Assembly: GCA_036567785.1 (NCBI GenBank)
Contig: DATCTV010000027.1
Coordinates: 97,384-161,383, forward strand
Direction: 5' to 3'
Source of the DNA: Desulfomonilia bacterium
Lineage (GTDB): Bacteria; Desulfobacterota; Desulfomonilia; UBA1062
Length of the DNA stretch: 64,000 bases
This document shows positions 50,901 to 60,791 of this stretch, piece after piece. The notes under the pieces are model-generated. The model ran no database searches, had not been told where the DNA came from, and worked only from the letters and a program-made list of their open reading frames with translations. The translations under genes and the position numbers were made by a program. The stretch's first letter is position 1, and each line of letters starts with the position of its first letter.

Positions 50901-52447
50901 TCAAGCTTAACAAAGTGGGGATACATGATAATTTCTTTGATCTCGGCGGAGATTCCATCATCAGTCTTCAGGTTGCGGGACGTCTAAAAAAACAGGGCTA
51001 TGAGATCAAGCCCAGGGATATATTCGAAAACCAGACAATTGCGGAACTTGCTCTTGTTGCCGGAAAAGCCCGTTCAGCTCTTGCCGAACAGGGAGATGTG
51101 ACAGGTGAAGCCCCTTTGACGCCTGTTCAAAAATGGCTGTTCGAACTTGATTTGAATAATATCAATCATTTCAATCAGGCCATTATTTTGAAGACTTCTA
51201 TGGCTCTTGATGAGGATGCCTTGAAGAAGAGCCTACAGCTTGTTATCAATCACCATGATGTTCTCAGATCACGTTTTAAAGGCGGAATGCAGGTTTATCT
51301 GCCGTCCGGCGAAGAGCCTGTCCTGGTGAAAGCTTCTGTGTCAGATGAGGATGAATTGAAGGTGGATATAGATAAACTGCAATCTTCACTTGATATCTGT
51401 GCAGGACCGGTGTTTGTTTCGGGTCTGTTTACATTCGGAGAGTACGTATATCTCGCCCTTGTGGCACATCACCTTGTGGTGGATGGTGTTTCATGGCGGA
51501 TTATTGTCGAAGATATGTTCAGCGCCTACGGCGAGATTTTGCATGGTTCTCAACCGGCAATGCCGGAGAAGACCTCATCGTTCAAGGAGTGGGCGGTAAA
51601 AATCAGGAATTACGCAGATCAGATAAAGGATGAAGCCGGTTTCTTAAACGAAATGATAAAGGAAAATCATGCCCTGATAACCGAAGATTTCAAATCAGGG
51701 CCAAATGACATGGCATCAGTGGCCGTAGTTCATGAAACGCTTTCGAAAGAGGATACTGACCTTCTTCTGAAGGGTGCCCACGACGCGTTTAATACAGAAA
51801 TCAACGACATCCTTGTACTTTCGCTGGCTAGAACACTGGCTGCCAAAACCGGCAGCGATCATGTATGTTTTAATATGGAGGGCCACGGAAGAGAGGATAT
51901 CTTTACGGGAATTGATATATCCCGCACAGTGGGATGGTTCACCACGCTTTTTCCTGTTTCTGTGCAAATAGACCCTGCAGATGAAATGGACGAACAGATA
52001 AAAACAGTCAAAGAAACACTAAGGAACATGCCGAACAAGGGACTGGATTATGGTGTCCTAAGGTATCTCAGCCCGAATTCGGGTATTGTCAAGGTGGAAC
52101 CTCAGGTATGTTTCAATTACCTCGGGCAGTTTGACAATGCGGGAATGGAAGGTGTTTTTGAGCTTGTTACAGGCATACCGTCATCTCCAGGTGACCCCCG
52201 GAATGAAAGGCCGTATGCCCTGGATATCAACTGCACCGTGGAAAATTCATGTCTCAACGTATATGTCAATTACAGCCGCAACAGATTCAGCGAAGATACG
52301 ATAATCGATCTTGCAAAAAAATTCTTGGAAGAAATCAGAAATGTATTAAACTACTGCATGCAAGGTCATGCCGGTTATACACCATCCGATTTTGATTTGG
52401 CAGGCATGTCCCAGGATCAATTGGATGACCTTATAGGCGACCTTTGA
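47936..52447 (+). CDS. NRPS 3: C(DCL-type)-A-T-E (module 4)
   Basis: MTFVTKENTQDIYPLSPTQKGMLFH. HHIILDGWC. YTSGSTGNPKG. GGDSIISLQ. HHLVVDGVSW. A GGAGG ribosome-binding site lies 7 nt upstream. Confidence 0.9.
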   Translation: MTFVTKENTQDIYPLSPTQKGMLFHTLYDETTPVYFEQVAFTINGQLDIDKLKEAWTRLIAITPVFRTVFKWSKVKDPLQIVLKELPVIFEVHDIKGLDDKEQQRRIGEFLKKDKRNLFDMEEGPLTRLNIFILAGNKYKFIWSYHHIILDGWCLPIILNDLFSIYLAVATGGAMPRITRRPYKDYIAWYLDQDKEEAVDFWKGLLGDFQAATPLPLDRRTADGAVTSMGEEKVLLSPEMTEALLALSRKEHVTPSTVMQSAWSVLLSRYSNSDDVVFGTTVSGRPDKLKGSDEMVGLFINTLPVRVRFAPGMKISELLGYLQKLSLSIREYEYSFLPEIKALTALPKTQNLFDSNVVFENYPLASAGGGSGMGITDVQSVEMTNFPITLLVIPGESMEMAIQYDRARFDSKTISRMLGHMLQVLSAFIKDPFQEVGRIEILTEPEKEMLNSFNSTEVPYPDTLCIQELFDRQVDISPDRTAIISGEKSLSYIELERKSNQIAHFLRDKGIKPDSVVGIFIERSVEMITGVLGIIKAGGAYVPLDPEYPAARLEYMLSDCGAPLILTKSDMLSRMPAFSGEVLCLDDDWDRIEQMPSVRPELVNTSRDLVYVIYTSGSTGNPKGIEIEHRGLVNYITWAAGAYDVPGHGSFPLYTSMSFDLTVTSMFLPLVSGEYISIMPSGIDPTTLVEHVLTSGTDIAKLTPAHLEIADNLTENGLEKSASLNRFILGGEALSAKTSRSFLIRHPGSVIFNEYGPAETVVGCIVYAFSEIDSECTNVPIGKPIANTKIYIMDKDRRLVPIGVPGEIYIESPGVARGYLNKPEISAKSFVPSPFDPAKTIYRTGDLARWFADGNIEYLGRVDHQVKIRGYRIELGEVEALLASYNGIHDCVVVDRDDRASGKYLVGYYVSEDEIPVTDIKNFMKEKLPEYMVPARFMKLDMLPLTPNGKVDRKALPEVDNVISGDESSFVAPRTEIEHVIADVWCQVLKLNKVGIHDNFFDLGGDSIISLQVAGRLKKQGYEIKPRDIFENQTIAELALVAGKARSALAEQGDVTGEAPLTPVQKWLFELDLNNINHFNQAIILKTSMALDEDALKKSLQLVINHHDVLRSRFKGGMQVYLPSGEEPVLVKASVSDEDELKVDIDKLQSSLDICAGPVFVSGLFTFGEYVYLALVAHHLVVDGVSWRIIVEDMFSAYGEILHGSQPAMPEKTSSFKEWAVKIRNYADQIKDEAGFLNEMIKENHALITEDFKSGPNDMASVAVVHETLSKEDTDLLLKGAHDAFNTEINDILVLSLARTLAAKTGSDHVCFNMEGHGREDIFTGIDISRTVGWFTTLFPVSVQIDPADEMDEQIKTVKETLRNMPNKGLDYGVLRYLSPNSGIVKVEPQVCFNYLGQFDNAGMEGVFELVTGIPSSPGDPRNERPYALDINCTVENSCLNVYVNYSRNRFSEDTIIDLAKKFLEEIRNVLNYCMQGHAGYTPSDFDLAGMSQDQLDDLIGDL

Positions 52448-52475
52448 TACATGTGCGAGAAGGAGATAACAAGAT

Positions 52476-55400
52476 ATGGTCCAGAAAAAAGCAGAAAAAA
52501 AAGTAGAGGACATCTATCCGCTTTCACCTATGCAACAGGGTATGCTTTTTTATGCCCTTCTGGAACCGGACTCTCCTATATATTCCGAACGCTTTACCTA
52601 TACAATTGAGGGAGACCTCAATGTCGATGCTTTTTTAAAGGCCTGGCAGCACCTCGGTAATGTCCATCCTCTGTTTCGTACGGTATTCAGGTGGGAAGGA
52701 GTCAACGAGCCGGTACAGATAGTGCTGAAGGACAGGTCACCTGAAATCGAGCTTCATGACTTCTCCGGAATGTCAGGAGAAGAGGAAAAGCATAACATTA
52801 AAAATTTTCTTTCAACAGAAAGCAAACGCAGATTCGATCTGGCAAACGGTCCGCTGGTAAGGCTTCATTTGTTTATTCTCAAAAATCAGAGATTCTTCTT
52901 TTCATGGTCCTTCCACCATATACTGACAGACGGTTGGTGCATTCCTCTGATCCTCTCCGACCTATTCGTGACATATCTGTCCATTCTTGAGAACAAGCCC
53001 CTTCCATCCATAAAGAGGCCTCAATACAGGAATTACATTGCATGGCTAAAAAAGCAGGACAAAACAAAGGCCGAGAAATACTGGAAAAAAATTCTCGGCA
53101 GCTTCGAGGCGCCGACTCCGCTGCCTCAGGATTTTCATCCGAAGGAGCGCGGAATTTCGAATGTAGGAAAGAAGAGTCTTATCCTGGATGAAAAGTTGAC
53201 TGCGGCGCTGAATGAAACCGCACGGAAACAGCGAATCACTCTGAGTACCCTTGTGCAAACGGCATGGTCGATACTTCTCGGCCGTTACAGCAGACAGGAG
53301 GATGTGGTCTTCGGTGTTACTTTATCTGGAAGGCCGGCCGACCTGCCGGGCTCAGACGAAATGATAGGCCTGTTCATCAACACGCTCCCCGTTCGTGCGA
53401 ACTTTGAGAATGGTATTACAATAGAAGAGCTGATGACTGACCTTCAATCGCAGGCTCTCAAAATAGAGGAATTCGGCTATTCATTCCTGCCCGAGGTAAA
53501 GGCCTGTAGTGCCGTGCCTGGAAAGGCCAACCTCTTCAACAACCTCTTCATCTTCGAGAATTACCCTGTGAACATGGGAGAAATGACCGGGGATTCCACA
53601 ATACGCATTACTGACTCAACGATTGAGGAAATGACGCATTATGACCTTACACTAGTGATTACACCCGGGAAGAAGCTTGATATAAACCTCGGATATGCGC
53701 TTGATCTCTTTGCACCTGAAACCATCGATCGCATGCTGTCCCATTTGAAAATAATTCTCGAACAGATAACGATAGACATAAAGCAGCCGGCTTCAACAGT
53801 TGACATAATGAGCCCGCAGGAAAAAGAAATGGTCTTGTTCGGGTTTAATTCAACTGCTAGCGAATATTCAAGAGATGCAACAATTGTAGATGTATTTGAA
53901 GCCCGGGTGCAGAAGAATCCGGACAGTACAGCTGTTGTTTTCAGAGAGAATTCACTGAGTTTCGAAGAACTGAATATCAGGGCCAACAAACTTGCACGTG
54001 CACTCATCTCAAACGGAGTCAAACCGGGAGCACTGGTGGGCATGATGGTAGGCGACCCGCTTGAGACCATACTTTCAATTCTGGGCATATTGAAGGCCGG
54101 CGGCGCTTATATGCCGATCGATCCTGACTTTCCTGAAGCACGCATAGATTTCATGCTGGATGACAGCTGTACTCCAGTTGTAATCAGCAGGGAGGAGTTT
54201 GCCGACAAGGTTCCCCTCTCTCAAAAGGTGCTGTACCTTGACAGAGACTGGCATGAGATAGAGAAGCAGGACCCTTCCAATCCGGGGATTAAAATCAGTG
54301 CAGAAGATATTGCCTATTCAATCTACACGTCGGGCTCCACAGGAAAACCCAAGGGTACGCTTATACCGCACCGCGGGGTAATAAATCTTGTTCATGGTCT
54401 TGTAAAGATACTCTATTCCTATTATGAAGGGCATCTGAGGGTTGCGCAGCTGGCTTCATTCAGTTTCGACGCCTCGGTTCAGCAGATATTCGCATCGCTC
54501 CTCCTGGGTCATACACTTTATCCCATTCCAGGGAGCATAAAAAAGGACCTGGGACAGCTGATCCCTTACATCCTGAAAAATGAAATCGAGGTAATAGACG
54601 GGACGCCTTCGTTGTGGGAACTCCTAGTTGGCAGCGGCATCATGGATGAACCCGAATTGAAACTCAGGCATGTGATCATAGGCGGGGAAGCCCTGCCGGT
54701 AGATCTTGTCCGGAGATATCATGACGGGGTTTACGGGAAATCCACAAGATGGACAAATGTTTACGGAGTCACTGAATCGAGCGTCGATTCCACATCGTAT
54801 CTTGTTGATATCGATGCGCTTAAGAACAGAATATCTGTGCCGATCGGGGCACCCATTGTAAATACATGGATATACATACTTGACGGCAACAGGAATCCTG
54901 TGCCTGTAGGTGTACCCGGAGAGCTTTATATAGGCGGTGACGGTCTTGCAAAGGGTTATCTCAACAATCCCGAACGGACGGAACAGAACTTCGTCCCCGA
55001 TCCCTTCCGTGATGGCGAGCTTATGTACAGGACAGGCGACCTTGGCAAATGGCTTCTGGACGGGAACATAGATTTTCTGGGGCGTATAGATTTCCAGATC
55101 AAAATAAGGGGATTCAGAATAGAGCTGGGTGAAATAGAATCCGCAATGTCGTCATATCCCGGTATTGAAGATTGTGTGGTTGTCGACAGAATCGATGCGG
55201 CCGGAGACAGGTATCTTATAGGGTTCTATGTGGCCAGCAATGAGATATCAATACCGGACCTGCGCAACAGTCTGGCCGGGGCCCTGCCTGACTATATGGT
55301 TCCGGGCAGGTTCATGAGACTTGATGCCCTGCCGCTCAACACAAGCGGCAAGGTGGACAGGAACTCGCTGCCCGAGCCTGAAGACAGCTTCAACGCAAGT

Positions 55401-58400
55401 GAAACCGAATATGTAGCTCCAAGAAATGATACGGAAAAGGCCCTGGCGCTTATATGGCAGGATGTCCTGGCAATCGATAAGGTGGGAGTGAAAGACAACT
55501 TCTTCGATATAGGAGGCCATTCCCTCAAAGCTACGAAGGTCGTTTCCCGTATCAAAAAGGATATGAATATCGAACTGCCGCTGAGGGCCATTTTCGAAGA
55601 CCCCACAATTGAAGGCCTTGGCAGAGCCATCTCTTCAATGCAGGGGCAGAAGCTGGGCGAGATACCGAAACTGCCGCATAAGGACGCATACGAGCTCTCT
55701 CATGCGCAGAAAAGGCTCTGGTTCCTCGAGCAGATGACCCCTGGGTCTTCAACATATAATATCCCCATGGCGCTTATGATAGAAGGGGAGATACAGACAG
55801 ACCTGATGGAAAAGGCCCTTAACAGTGTAGCACTGCGCCATGAAACACTCAGGACATCATTTTCAAGTGTGGACGGTGAACCTGTTCAAATTATCGAACC
55901 TTCGATTCACGTTGATCTTAATTTGACTGACATGACTGATAAAACCGAAGAACAGATTTCCCTGGCAGTCATAAATGAAATTTCCGGTTCATTCGACCTG
56001 GCTGCAACGCCGCTCTTCAGGGCGTGTCTTTATAAGCTTGGGGAAAACAAACACCTCTTCGTGTTTACTATTCATCATATCATTTCAGACGGATGGTCAA
56101 CCGAGGTGCTCCTTAAGGAACTGATCGGGACATATATGTCGCTTATGACCGAGACCAAAGCGGCGCTCCCTGACCTCAAAGTTCAATATAAGGATTATGC
56201 ATCATGGCAGAACAGACTGATTGAAGAAGGCATGCTCAAGGGTCAGGAGGAATACTGGGTCAAGAAACTTGCAGCTCCTCTCCCGGTGCTCGACCTGCCG
56301 ACAGACAGACCCAGGCCTCCATTACAGACTTATAATGGAGCGGTTTACAAATTTGAATTCGACGGGGATGTTGCTAAACAATTGAACTCCTTTGCAAAGA
56401 AGCAGGGAGCCACAATGTTCATGACCATCCTTAGCGCTTTCACTGTCCTAATCAACAGGCTCAGTAATCAGGAGGATATTATAATAGGAACGCCCATTGC
56501 CGGCCGCAATCATCCCGATCTCGAACCTCTGATAGGGTTCTTTGTCAATACTCTTGCATTACGGGTTGATGTGAGCGACAACCCGAGCTTTACTGAGCTT
56601 GTAAAAAGGGTGAAATCCGTCTGCATTGAGGCATATGCGAATCAGGACTACCCGTTTGACGGCTTGATAGATGTCCTGAACCCGGTCAGGGATGTAAGCA
56701 GAAATGCTATATTCGGCGTAATGTACATACACCAGAACATGACCGATCTTTTCGGTATGAAGACGGGTCTTTCAATCAAACCGGTCGAAGCAGACCTGAC
56801 TACCACCAAATTTGATCTGACGTTTTCATCAGTTGAGATTGGTGAGCGTCTGCTGGGATATCTTGAATACAATACCGACCTGTTCGACAGGACTACAATC
56901 GAGGGCTTTGCAGGGTTTATCAAAAATATCCTTGCAGAGGCGTCTGTGAAGCCTGAAACCAGGGTTTTTGCTTTCGATGTGCTGGGCGAAGAAGAAAGGC
57001 ATAAGCTTCTGGTTGAATTCAATGATACGGACAAACCCTATGACCTAAGCAGATGTACATACCAGATGTTCGAGGAGCAAGCGGCAAAGACTCCTGACAG
57101 GATTGCCGTTACCGCTTATGACGGGCGGAAACTTACTTACCGCGAATTGAACGAAAGGATGAACCAGCTCGCAAGACGGCTTAGAAAGCTAGGTGTAGGC
57201 GCAGAGACAATGGTTGCGGTAATGCTTGAGCGTTCGATTGAAATGGAGATCGCTCTTCTTGGCATAAACAAGGCGGGCGGAGCATATGTGCCTATGGGGA
57301 CGGACTATCCCGAGGCGCGTGTGGATTATATCCTTAAAGATACAAATGCACCGGTGGTTCTGGTACAGGAAAAATATGCGTCGAAGTTCGAAGGCAAGAA
57401 TATTATCGTGATTTCTCTGGACAGCGGATGGGATGATATTTCATCTGAAGACACCTCAAACCCCGAACCAGTCAGCGGTCCCGAGAACCTGGCCTATGTC
57501 CTGTATACTTCAGGTTCCACCGGCGTGCCCAAAGGCGTAGCGTGCATACACATAGGACTTACCAACAGGCTGATATGGATGCAGGAAGCCTACGGACTCA
57601 AAGAGGACGACTGCATACTGCAGAAGACGCCATACACTTTCGACGTCTCGGGCTGGGAATTTCACTGGCCGATAATGTACGGAGCGCGTCTGCACTTCCT
57701 GATGCCCGACGGACAAAAGGACCCCTCGCACATCATGGAAGTAATTAACGAGCAGAAGGTAACGACTCTTCATTTCGTTCCTTCCATGCTGGGCGGATTT
57801 CTACAGGTTGTCGATGATTCCAATAAGGCCAGTCTGGCATCGTTGAGGCGTGTAATCTGTTCAGGCGAGGCCCTTCTTGCAGAGCACCGCGATACGTTCT
57901 TCCGTTATATCGACTGCGAACTGCACAACCTTTATGGTCCGACTGAGGCCTCGATAGACGTGACGTATTACGAATTGAGTCCCGATGACAAATCAAACAT
58001 CGTCCCCATTGGCAAGCCTCTTGCCAATACGAGGATATACATACTCAACAAGCATATGCAGCTTGTCCCTGTAGGCGTGCCCGGCCAGATATTCCTTGCA
58101 GGTGTACAGCTCGCTAGAGGCTATGTGAATCAGCCTGAAAAGACAGCGGACGCATTCATCGATTTCAATATTTCCAGGGATAACCGGTTGTACAAAACCG
58201 GAGATCTCGGTGCATGGATGCATGACGGGAATATAGAATACCTTGGCCGTATAGACCATCAGGTAAAGATACGTGGTAACCGGGTTGAACTGGGAGAGGT
58301 CGAATCCGCTCTGTGCAGGTTCAGCGGGGTCCGTGAATGCGTTGTGGTTGACAAGACTGACCCGTCGGGAAGCAAATATCTTGTGGGCTATTATGCCTCC

Positions 58401-60008
58401 GATAATGAACTGCCTGTTGATGAACTTCGCAGATTCCTGCATGATTTCCTGCCCGAATATATGATTCCGACGCGCTTCATATGCATGCCGGGCCTACCCC
58501 TTAATGCGAACGGCAAGGTGGACAGAAAGCAGCTGCCCGAAATCGAAAGCGTGCGGCCTGAGATGGCCAATGAGTATGTGGCCCCATCCACCGATGTCGA
58601 AAAGCTGCTGGCACAAGTCTGGAAGGAAGTTCTGGGAGTGGAAAGAGTGGGAATCAACGACAATTTCTTCGACCTGGGAGGCCATTCACTGCTTATCATG
58701 AAGGTAATCGCCAAGGTAAAGATGTCGTTGCCTTTAACCGTTCAGGACTTTTTCGATAACCAGACAATTTCAGGCCTTGCTAAATGCGTTGAGGAGAAGG
58801 CGCTTGCCGCACGAAAGACATCGTCTCAAAAAGAATTGATTGAAGAGAAATTCGATGGCTTCAAGGTGGACATACCCGTCTCGGGAAAAACCGAAGAAAT
58901 GAAGTCGATTCTTATGACCGGTGCAAGCGGCTATCTTGGTTCCCATCTCTTGAGAGACCTGCTGAATGATACTGATGCGGATATCATATGCCTTCTTCCG
59001 GGGAAGAATGTTGATGATGCAAGGAAGATGCTTTTTGAAGCAATCGATTTCTATTTCAGGGATGAAGGGCTTGATACCTCGCGTCTGAAAATTTTTGCAA
59101 GCGATATCGGCATTGACGGGTTAGGTCTGGACGGTGATGCCCTTGAACTCATAAAGAATACGGACACCGTAATTCATGTGGCGGCTGATGTAAGGCATTT
59201 TGGTGATTACAAGCATTTCAGGAATATCAATGTTCTCGGCACCAAACGTGTGCTCTCTCTCGCTGAAACCGGAAAGGCCAAACGTTTCCATCATGTTTCA
59301 ACACTCAGTGTTGCTGGAGATTTTGTTCCAGGCTTTTCCAAGGTGGTATTCAAGGAGACCGATTATGACCGAGGACAGGAGCTCGGGAATGTATATGCGA
59401 AAAGCAAATTCGAAGCCGAAGGTGTTGTCCGTGAAGCAATGGCCAGGGGTGTCAAGTGCACCATATACCGTATCGGCAACCTTGTCGGAGAATCCCGATC
59501 AGGCCTTTTCCAGAAAAACATAGACGGAAGTTCCTTTTACGGACTGCTCAAATCGATTATCGAAACAGGGGTGATACCTGACGGCGACGGTGGAATGTTC
59601 GACTTTACACCCGTCGACTGCTGCAGCAAGGCGATAGCAACCCTGGCTCGCATTCCCGAAACATCAGGCCGGTGTCTGCACCTCTTTAATCCCGACTTGA
59701 TTTCACTGAAGGGACTTGTTGAAATCATGAATTCAAACGGTTACCACATAAGAATAGTCAATGTCGAAGAATATGCACTGGCTCTAGGAACAGCCCAGGC
59801 CGAAAAGGGCAGCAAGGCTATAGAAGGACTGCTGCCGTATCTGGAGGCAAAATCCGTGACACAATATGTTCTCGACAACAGCTATTCAAGACATTTCCTT
59901 GACGGCCTGGGTTTTTCATGGCCTGAAGTTGATGAGGCCTTTATAGGAAAGCTTCTTGGCTACTGCGCAAAGGTCGGATTTATAGGGAAGCCGCAGGTCG
60001 GTAAATAA
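52476..60008 (+). CDS. NRPS 4: C(DCL-type)-A-T-C(LCL)-A-T-R (modules 5-6 plus terminal thioester reductase)
   Basis: HHILTDGWC. YTSGSTGKPKG. GGHSLKAT. HHIISDGWS. YTSGSTGVPKG. GGHSLLIMKV. The R domain has LMTGASGYLGSHLL (Rossmann) and YAKSK (YxxxK). An AAGGAG ribosome-binding site is present. Confidence 0.9.
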   Translation: MVQKKAEKKVEDIYPLSPMQQGMLFYALLEPDSPIYSERFTYTIEGDLNVDAFLKAWQHLGNVHPLFRTVFRWEGVNEPVQIVLKDRSPEIELHDFSGMSGEEEKHNIKNFLSTESKRRFDLANGPLVRLHLFILKNQRFFFSWSFHHILTDGWCIPLILSDLFVTYLSILENKPLPSIKRPQYRNYIAWLKKQDKTKAEKYWKKILGSFEAPTPLPQDFHPKERGISNVGKKSLILDEKLTAALNETARKQRITLSTLVQTAWSILLGRYSRQEDVVFGVTLSGRPADLPGSDEMIGLFINTLPVRANFENGITIEELMTDLQSQALKIEEFGYSFLPEVKACSAVPGKANLFNNLFIFENYPVNMGEMTGDSTIRITDSTIEEMTHYDLTLVITPGKKLDINLGYALDLFAPETIDRMLSHLKIILEQITIDIKQPASTVDIMSPQEKEMVLFGFNSTASEYSRDATIVDVFEARVQKNPDSTAVVFRENSLSFEELNIRANKLARALISNGVKPGALVGMMVGDPLETILSILGILKAGGAYMPIDPDFPEARIDFMLDDSCTPVVISREEFADKVPLSQKVLYLDRDWHEIEKQDPSNPGIKISAEDIAYSIYTSGSTGKPKGTLIPHRGVINLVHGLVKILYSYYEGHLRVAQLASFSFDASVQQIFASLLLGHTLYPIPGSIKKDLGQLIPYILKNEIEVIDGTPSLWELLVGSGIMDEPELKLRHVIIGGEALPVDLVRRYHDGVYGKSTRWTNVYGVTESSVDSTSYLVDIDALKNRISVPIGAPIVNTWIYILDGNRNPVPVGVPGELYIGGDGLAKGYLNNPERTEQNFVPDPFRDGELMYRTGDLGKWLLDGNIDFLGRIDFQIKIRGFRIELGEIESAMSSYPGIEDCVVVDRIDAAGDRYLIGFYVASNEISIPDLRNSLAGALPDYMVPGRFMRLDALPLNTSGKVDRNSLPEPEDSFNASETEYVAPRNDTEKALALIWQDVLAIDKVGVKDNFFDIGGHSLKATKVVSRIKKDMNIELPLRAIFEDPTIEGLGRAISSMQGQKLGEIPKLPHKDAYELSHAQKRLWFLEQMTPGSSTYNIPMALMIEGEIQTDLMEKALNSVALRHETLRTSFSSVDGEPVQIIEPSIHVDLNLTDMTDKTEEQISLAVINEISGSFDLAATPLFRACLYKLGENKHLFVFTIHHIISDGWSTEVLLKELIGTYMSLMTETKAALPDLKVQYKDYASWQNRLIEEGMLKGQEEYWVKKLAAPLPVLDLPTDRPRPPLQTYNGAVYKFEFDGDVAKQLNSFAKKQGATMFMTILSAFTVLINRLSNQEDIIIGTPIAGRNHPDLEPLIGFFVNTLALRVDVSDNPSFTELVKRVKSVCIEAYANQDYPFDGLIDVLNPVRDVSRNAIFGVMYIHQNMTDLFGMKTGLSIKPVEADLTTTKFDLTFSSVEIGERLLGYLEYNTDLFDRTTIEGFAGFIKNILAEASVKPETRVFAFDVLGEEERHKLLVEFNDTDKPYDLSRCTYQMFEEQAAKTPDRIAVTAYDGRKLTYRELNERMNQLARRLRKLGVGAETMVAVMLERSIEMEIALLGINKAGGAYVPMGTDYPEARVDYILKDTNAPVVLVQEKYASKFEGKNIIVISLDSGWDDISSEDTSNPEPVSGPENLAYVLYTSGSTGVPKGVACIHIGLTNRLIWMQEAYGLKEDDCILQKTPYTFDVSGWEFHWPIMYGARLHFLMPDGQKDPSHIMEVINEQKVTTLHFVPSMLGGFLQVVDDSNKASLASLRRVICSGEALLAEHRDTFFRYIDCELHNLYGPTEASIDVTYYELSPDDKSNIVPIGKPLANTRIYILNKHMQLVPVGVPGQIFLAGVQLARGYVNQPEKTADAFIDFNISRDNRLYKTGDLGAWMHDGNIEYLGRIDHQVKIRGNRVELGEVESALCRFSGVRECVVVDKTDPSGSKYLVGYYASDNELPVDELRRFLHDFLPEYMIPTRFICMPGLPLNANGKVDRKQLPEIESVRPEMANEYVAPSTDVEKLLAQVWKEVLGVERVGINDNFFDLGGHSLLIMKVIAKVKMSLPLTVQDFFDNQTISGLAKCVEEKALAARKTSSQKELIEEKFDGFKVDIPVSGKTEEMKSILMTGASGYLGSHLLRDLLNDTDADIICLLPGKNVDDARKMLFEAIDFYFRDEGLDTSRLKIFASDIGIDGLGLDGDALELIKNTDTVIHVAADVRHFGDYKHFRNINVLGTKRVLSLAETGKAKRFHHVSTLSVAGDFVPGFSKVVFKETDYDRGQELGNVYAKSKFEAEGVVREAMARGVKCTIYRIGNLVGESRSGLFQKNIDGSSFYGLLKSIIETGVIPDGDGGMFDFTPVDCCSKAIATLARIPETSGRCLHLFNPDLISLKGLVEIMNSNGYHIRIVNVEEYALALGTAQAEKGSKAIEGLLPYLEAKSVTQYVLDNSYSRHFLDGLGFSWPEVDEAFIGKLLGYCAKVGFIGKPQVGK
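58900..60005 (+). other. Terminal NAD(P)H-dependent thioester reductase (R/TD) domain of NRPS 4 (approximate bounds)
   Basis: TGASGYLG glycine-rich loop and the YAKSK catalytic dyad, placed after the last T domain. Confidence 0.8.
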
Positions 60009-60028
60009 AATTGTAAACAGGGGACGAT

Positions 60029-60769
60029 ATGAAGATAGGAATAGTCACAGGGGCCGCATCCGGAATGGGCAGAGAGTTTGCCTGCCAGGTTGTGAATGCA
60101 TATCCGATGGATGAAATTTGGCTGATAGACAGGGAGGAAAATGGGCTTGAAGAAACCGCAAAACTGATAGGGAATATAAAGGCCGTCACAATAGCCCTTG
60201 ACCTTTCGAGAGAGGATGACCTGAAAAGACTAAGAGACAAGATAGTCAATGCAGCGCCCGAGATAACGGTGCTGAACAATAACGCCGGTTTCAGTTATAT
60301 ATGCCCGTTTATGGAGGCATCCCTTCCCAGGACGATGAATATGATAGATGTTAATGTCAAAGCAGTCGTGGCCATTGCTCATATGTGCGTGCCTTTTATG
60401 AAAAAAGGCTCCGTCATATTTCAGGTGGCGTCGTTGAACGCATTTCTTCCCGCTCCGAACGGGGCTGCATATTCGGGAACCAAGGCGTTTGTGCTGGCTT
60501 TCTCCCAGGCCCTTTACCAGGAGCTTAAGAGCAAGGGCATTCATGTAATGAGCATTTCACCGGGGCCTGTCAGGACGAATTTCATGAAGACGGCTTCCGA
60601 TGGGAATCTTCCGGACTTGAAGAATGCGCTTGAAGCCAAAGATGTGGTTCGTGCCGCGATTAATGATGCAAAGGCCGGCAAACTCAACTCGACATTCGGT
60701 TTTGTCAACCGCCTGAATATTTTTCTGACGCGCATATTAAGCAGGAAAACACTTCTGGGAATGTCTTAA
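60029..60769 (+). CDS. SDR-family short-chain dehydrogenase/reductase
   Basis: GIVTGAASGMGREF (TGxxxGxG), NNAG, and YSGTKAFV (YxxxK). It lies 20 nt after NRPS 4, and its position suggests tailoring, for example reduction of aldehyde to alcohol. Confidence 0.8.
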   Translation: MKIGIVTGAASGMGREFACQVVNAYPMDEIWLIDREENGLEETAKLIGNIKAVTIALDLSREDDLKRLRDKIVNAAPEITVLNNNAGFSYICPFMEASLPRTMNMIDVNVKAVVAIAHMCVPFMKKGSVIFQVASLNAFLPAPNGAAYSGTKAFVLAFSQALYQELKSKGIHVMSISPGPVRTNFMKTASDGNLPDLKNALEAKDVVRAAINDAKAGKLNSTFGFVNRLNIFLTRILSRKTLLGMS

Positions 60770-60791
60770 TCAAAATCAAGGAGAGCGGATT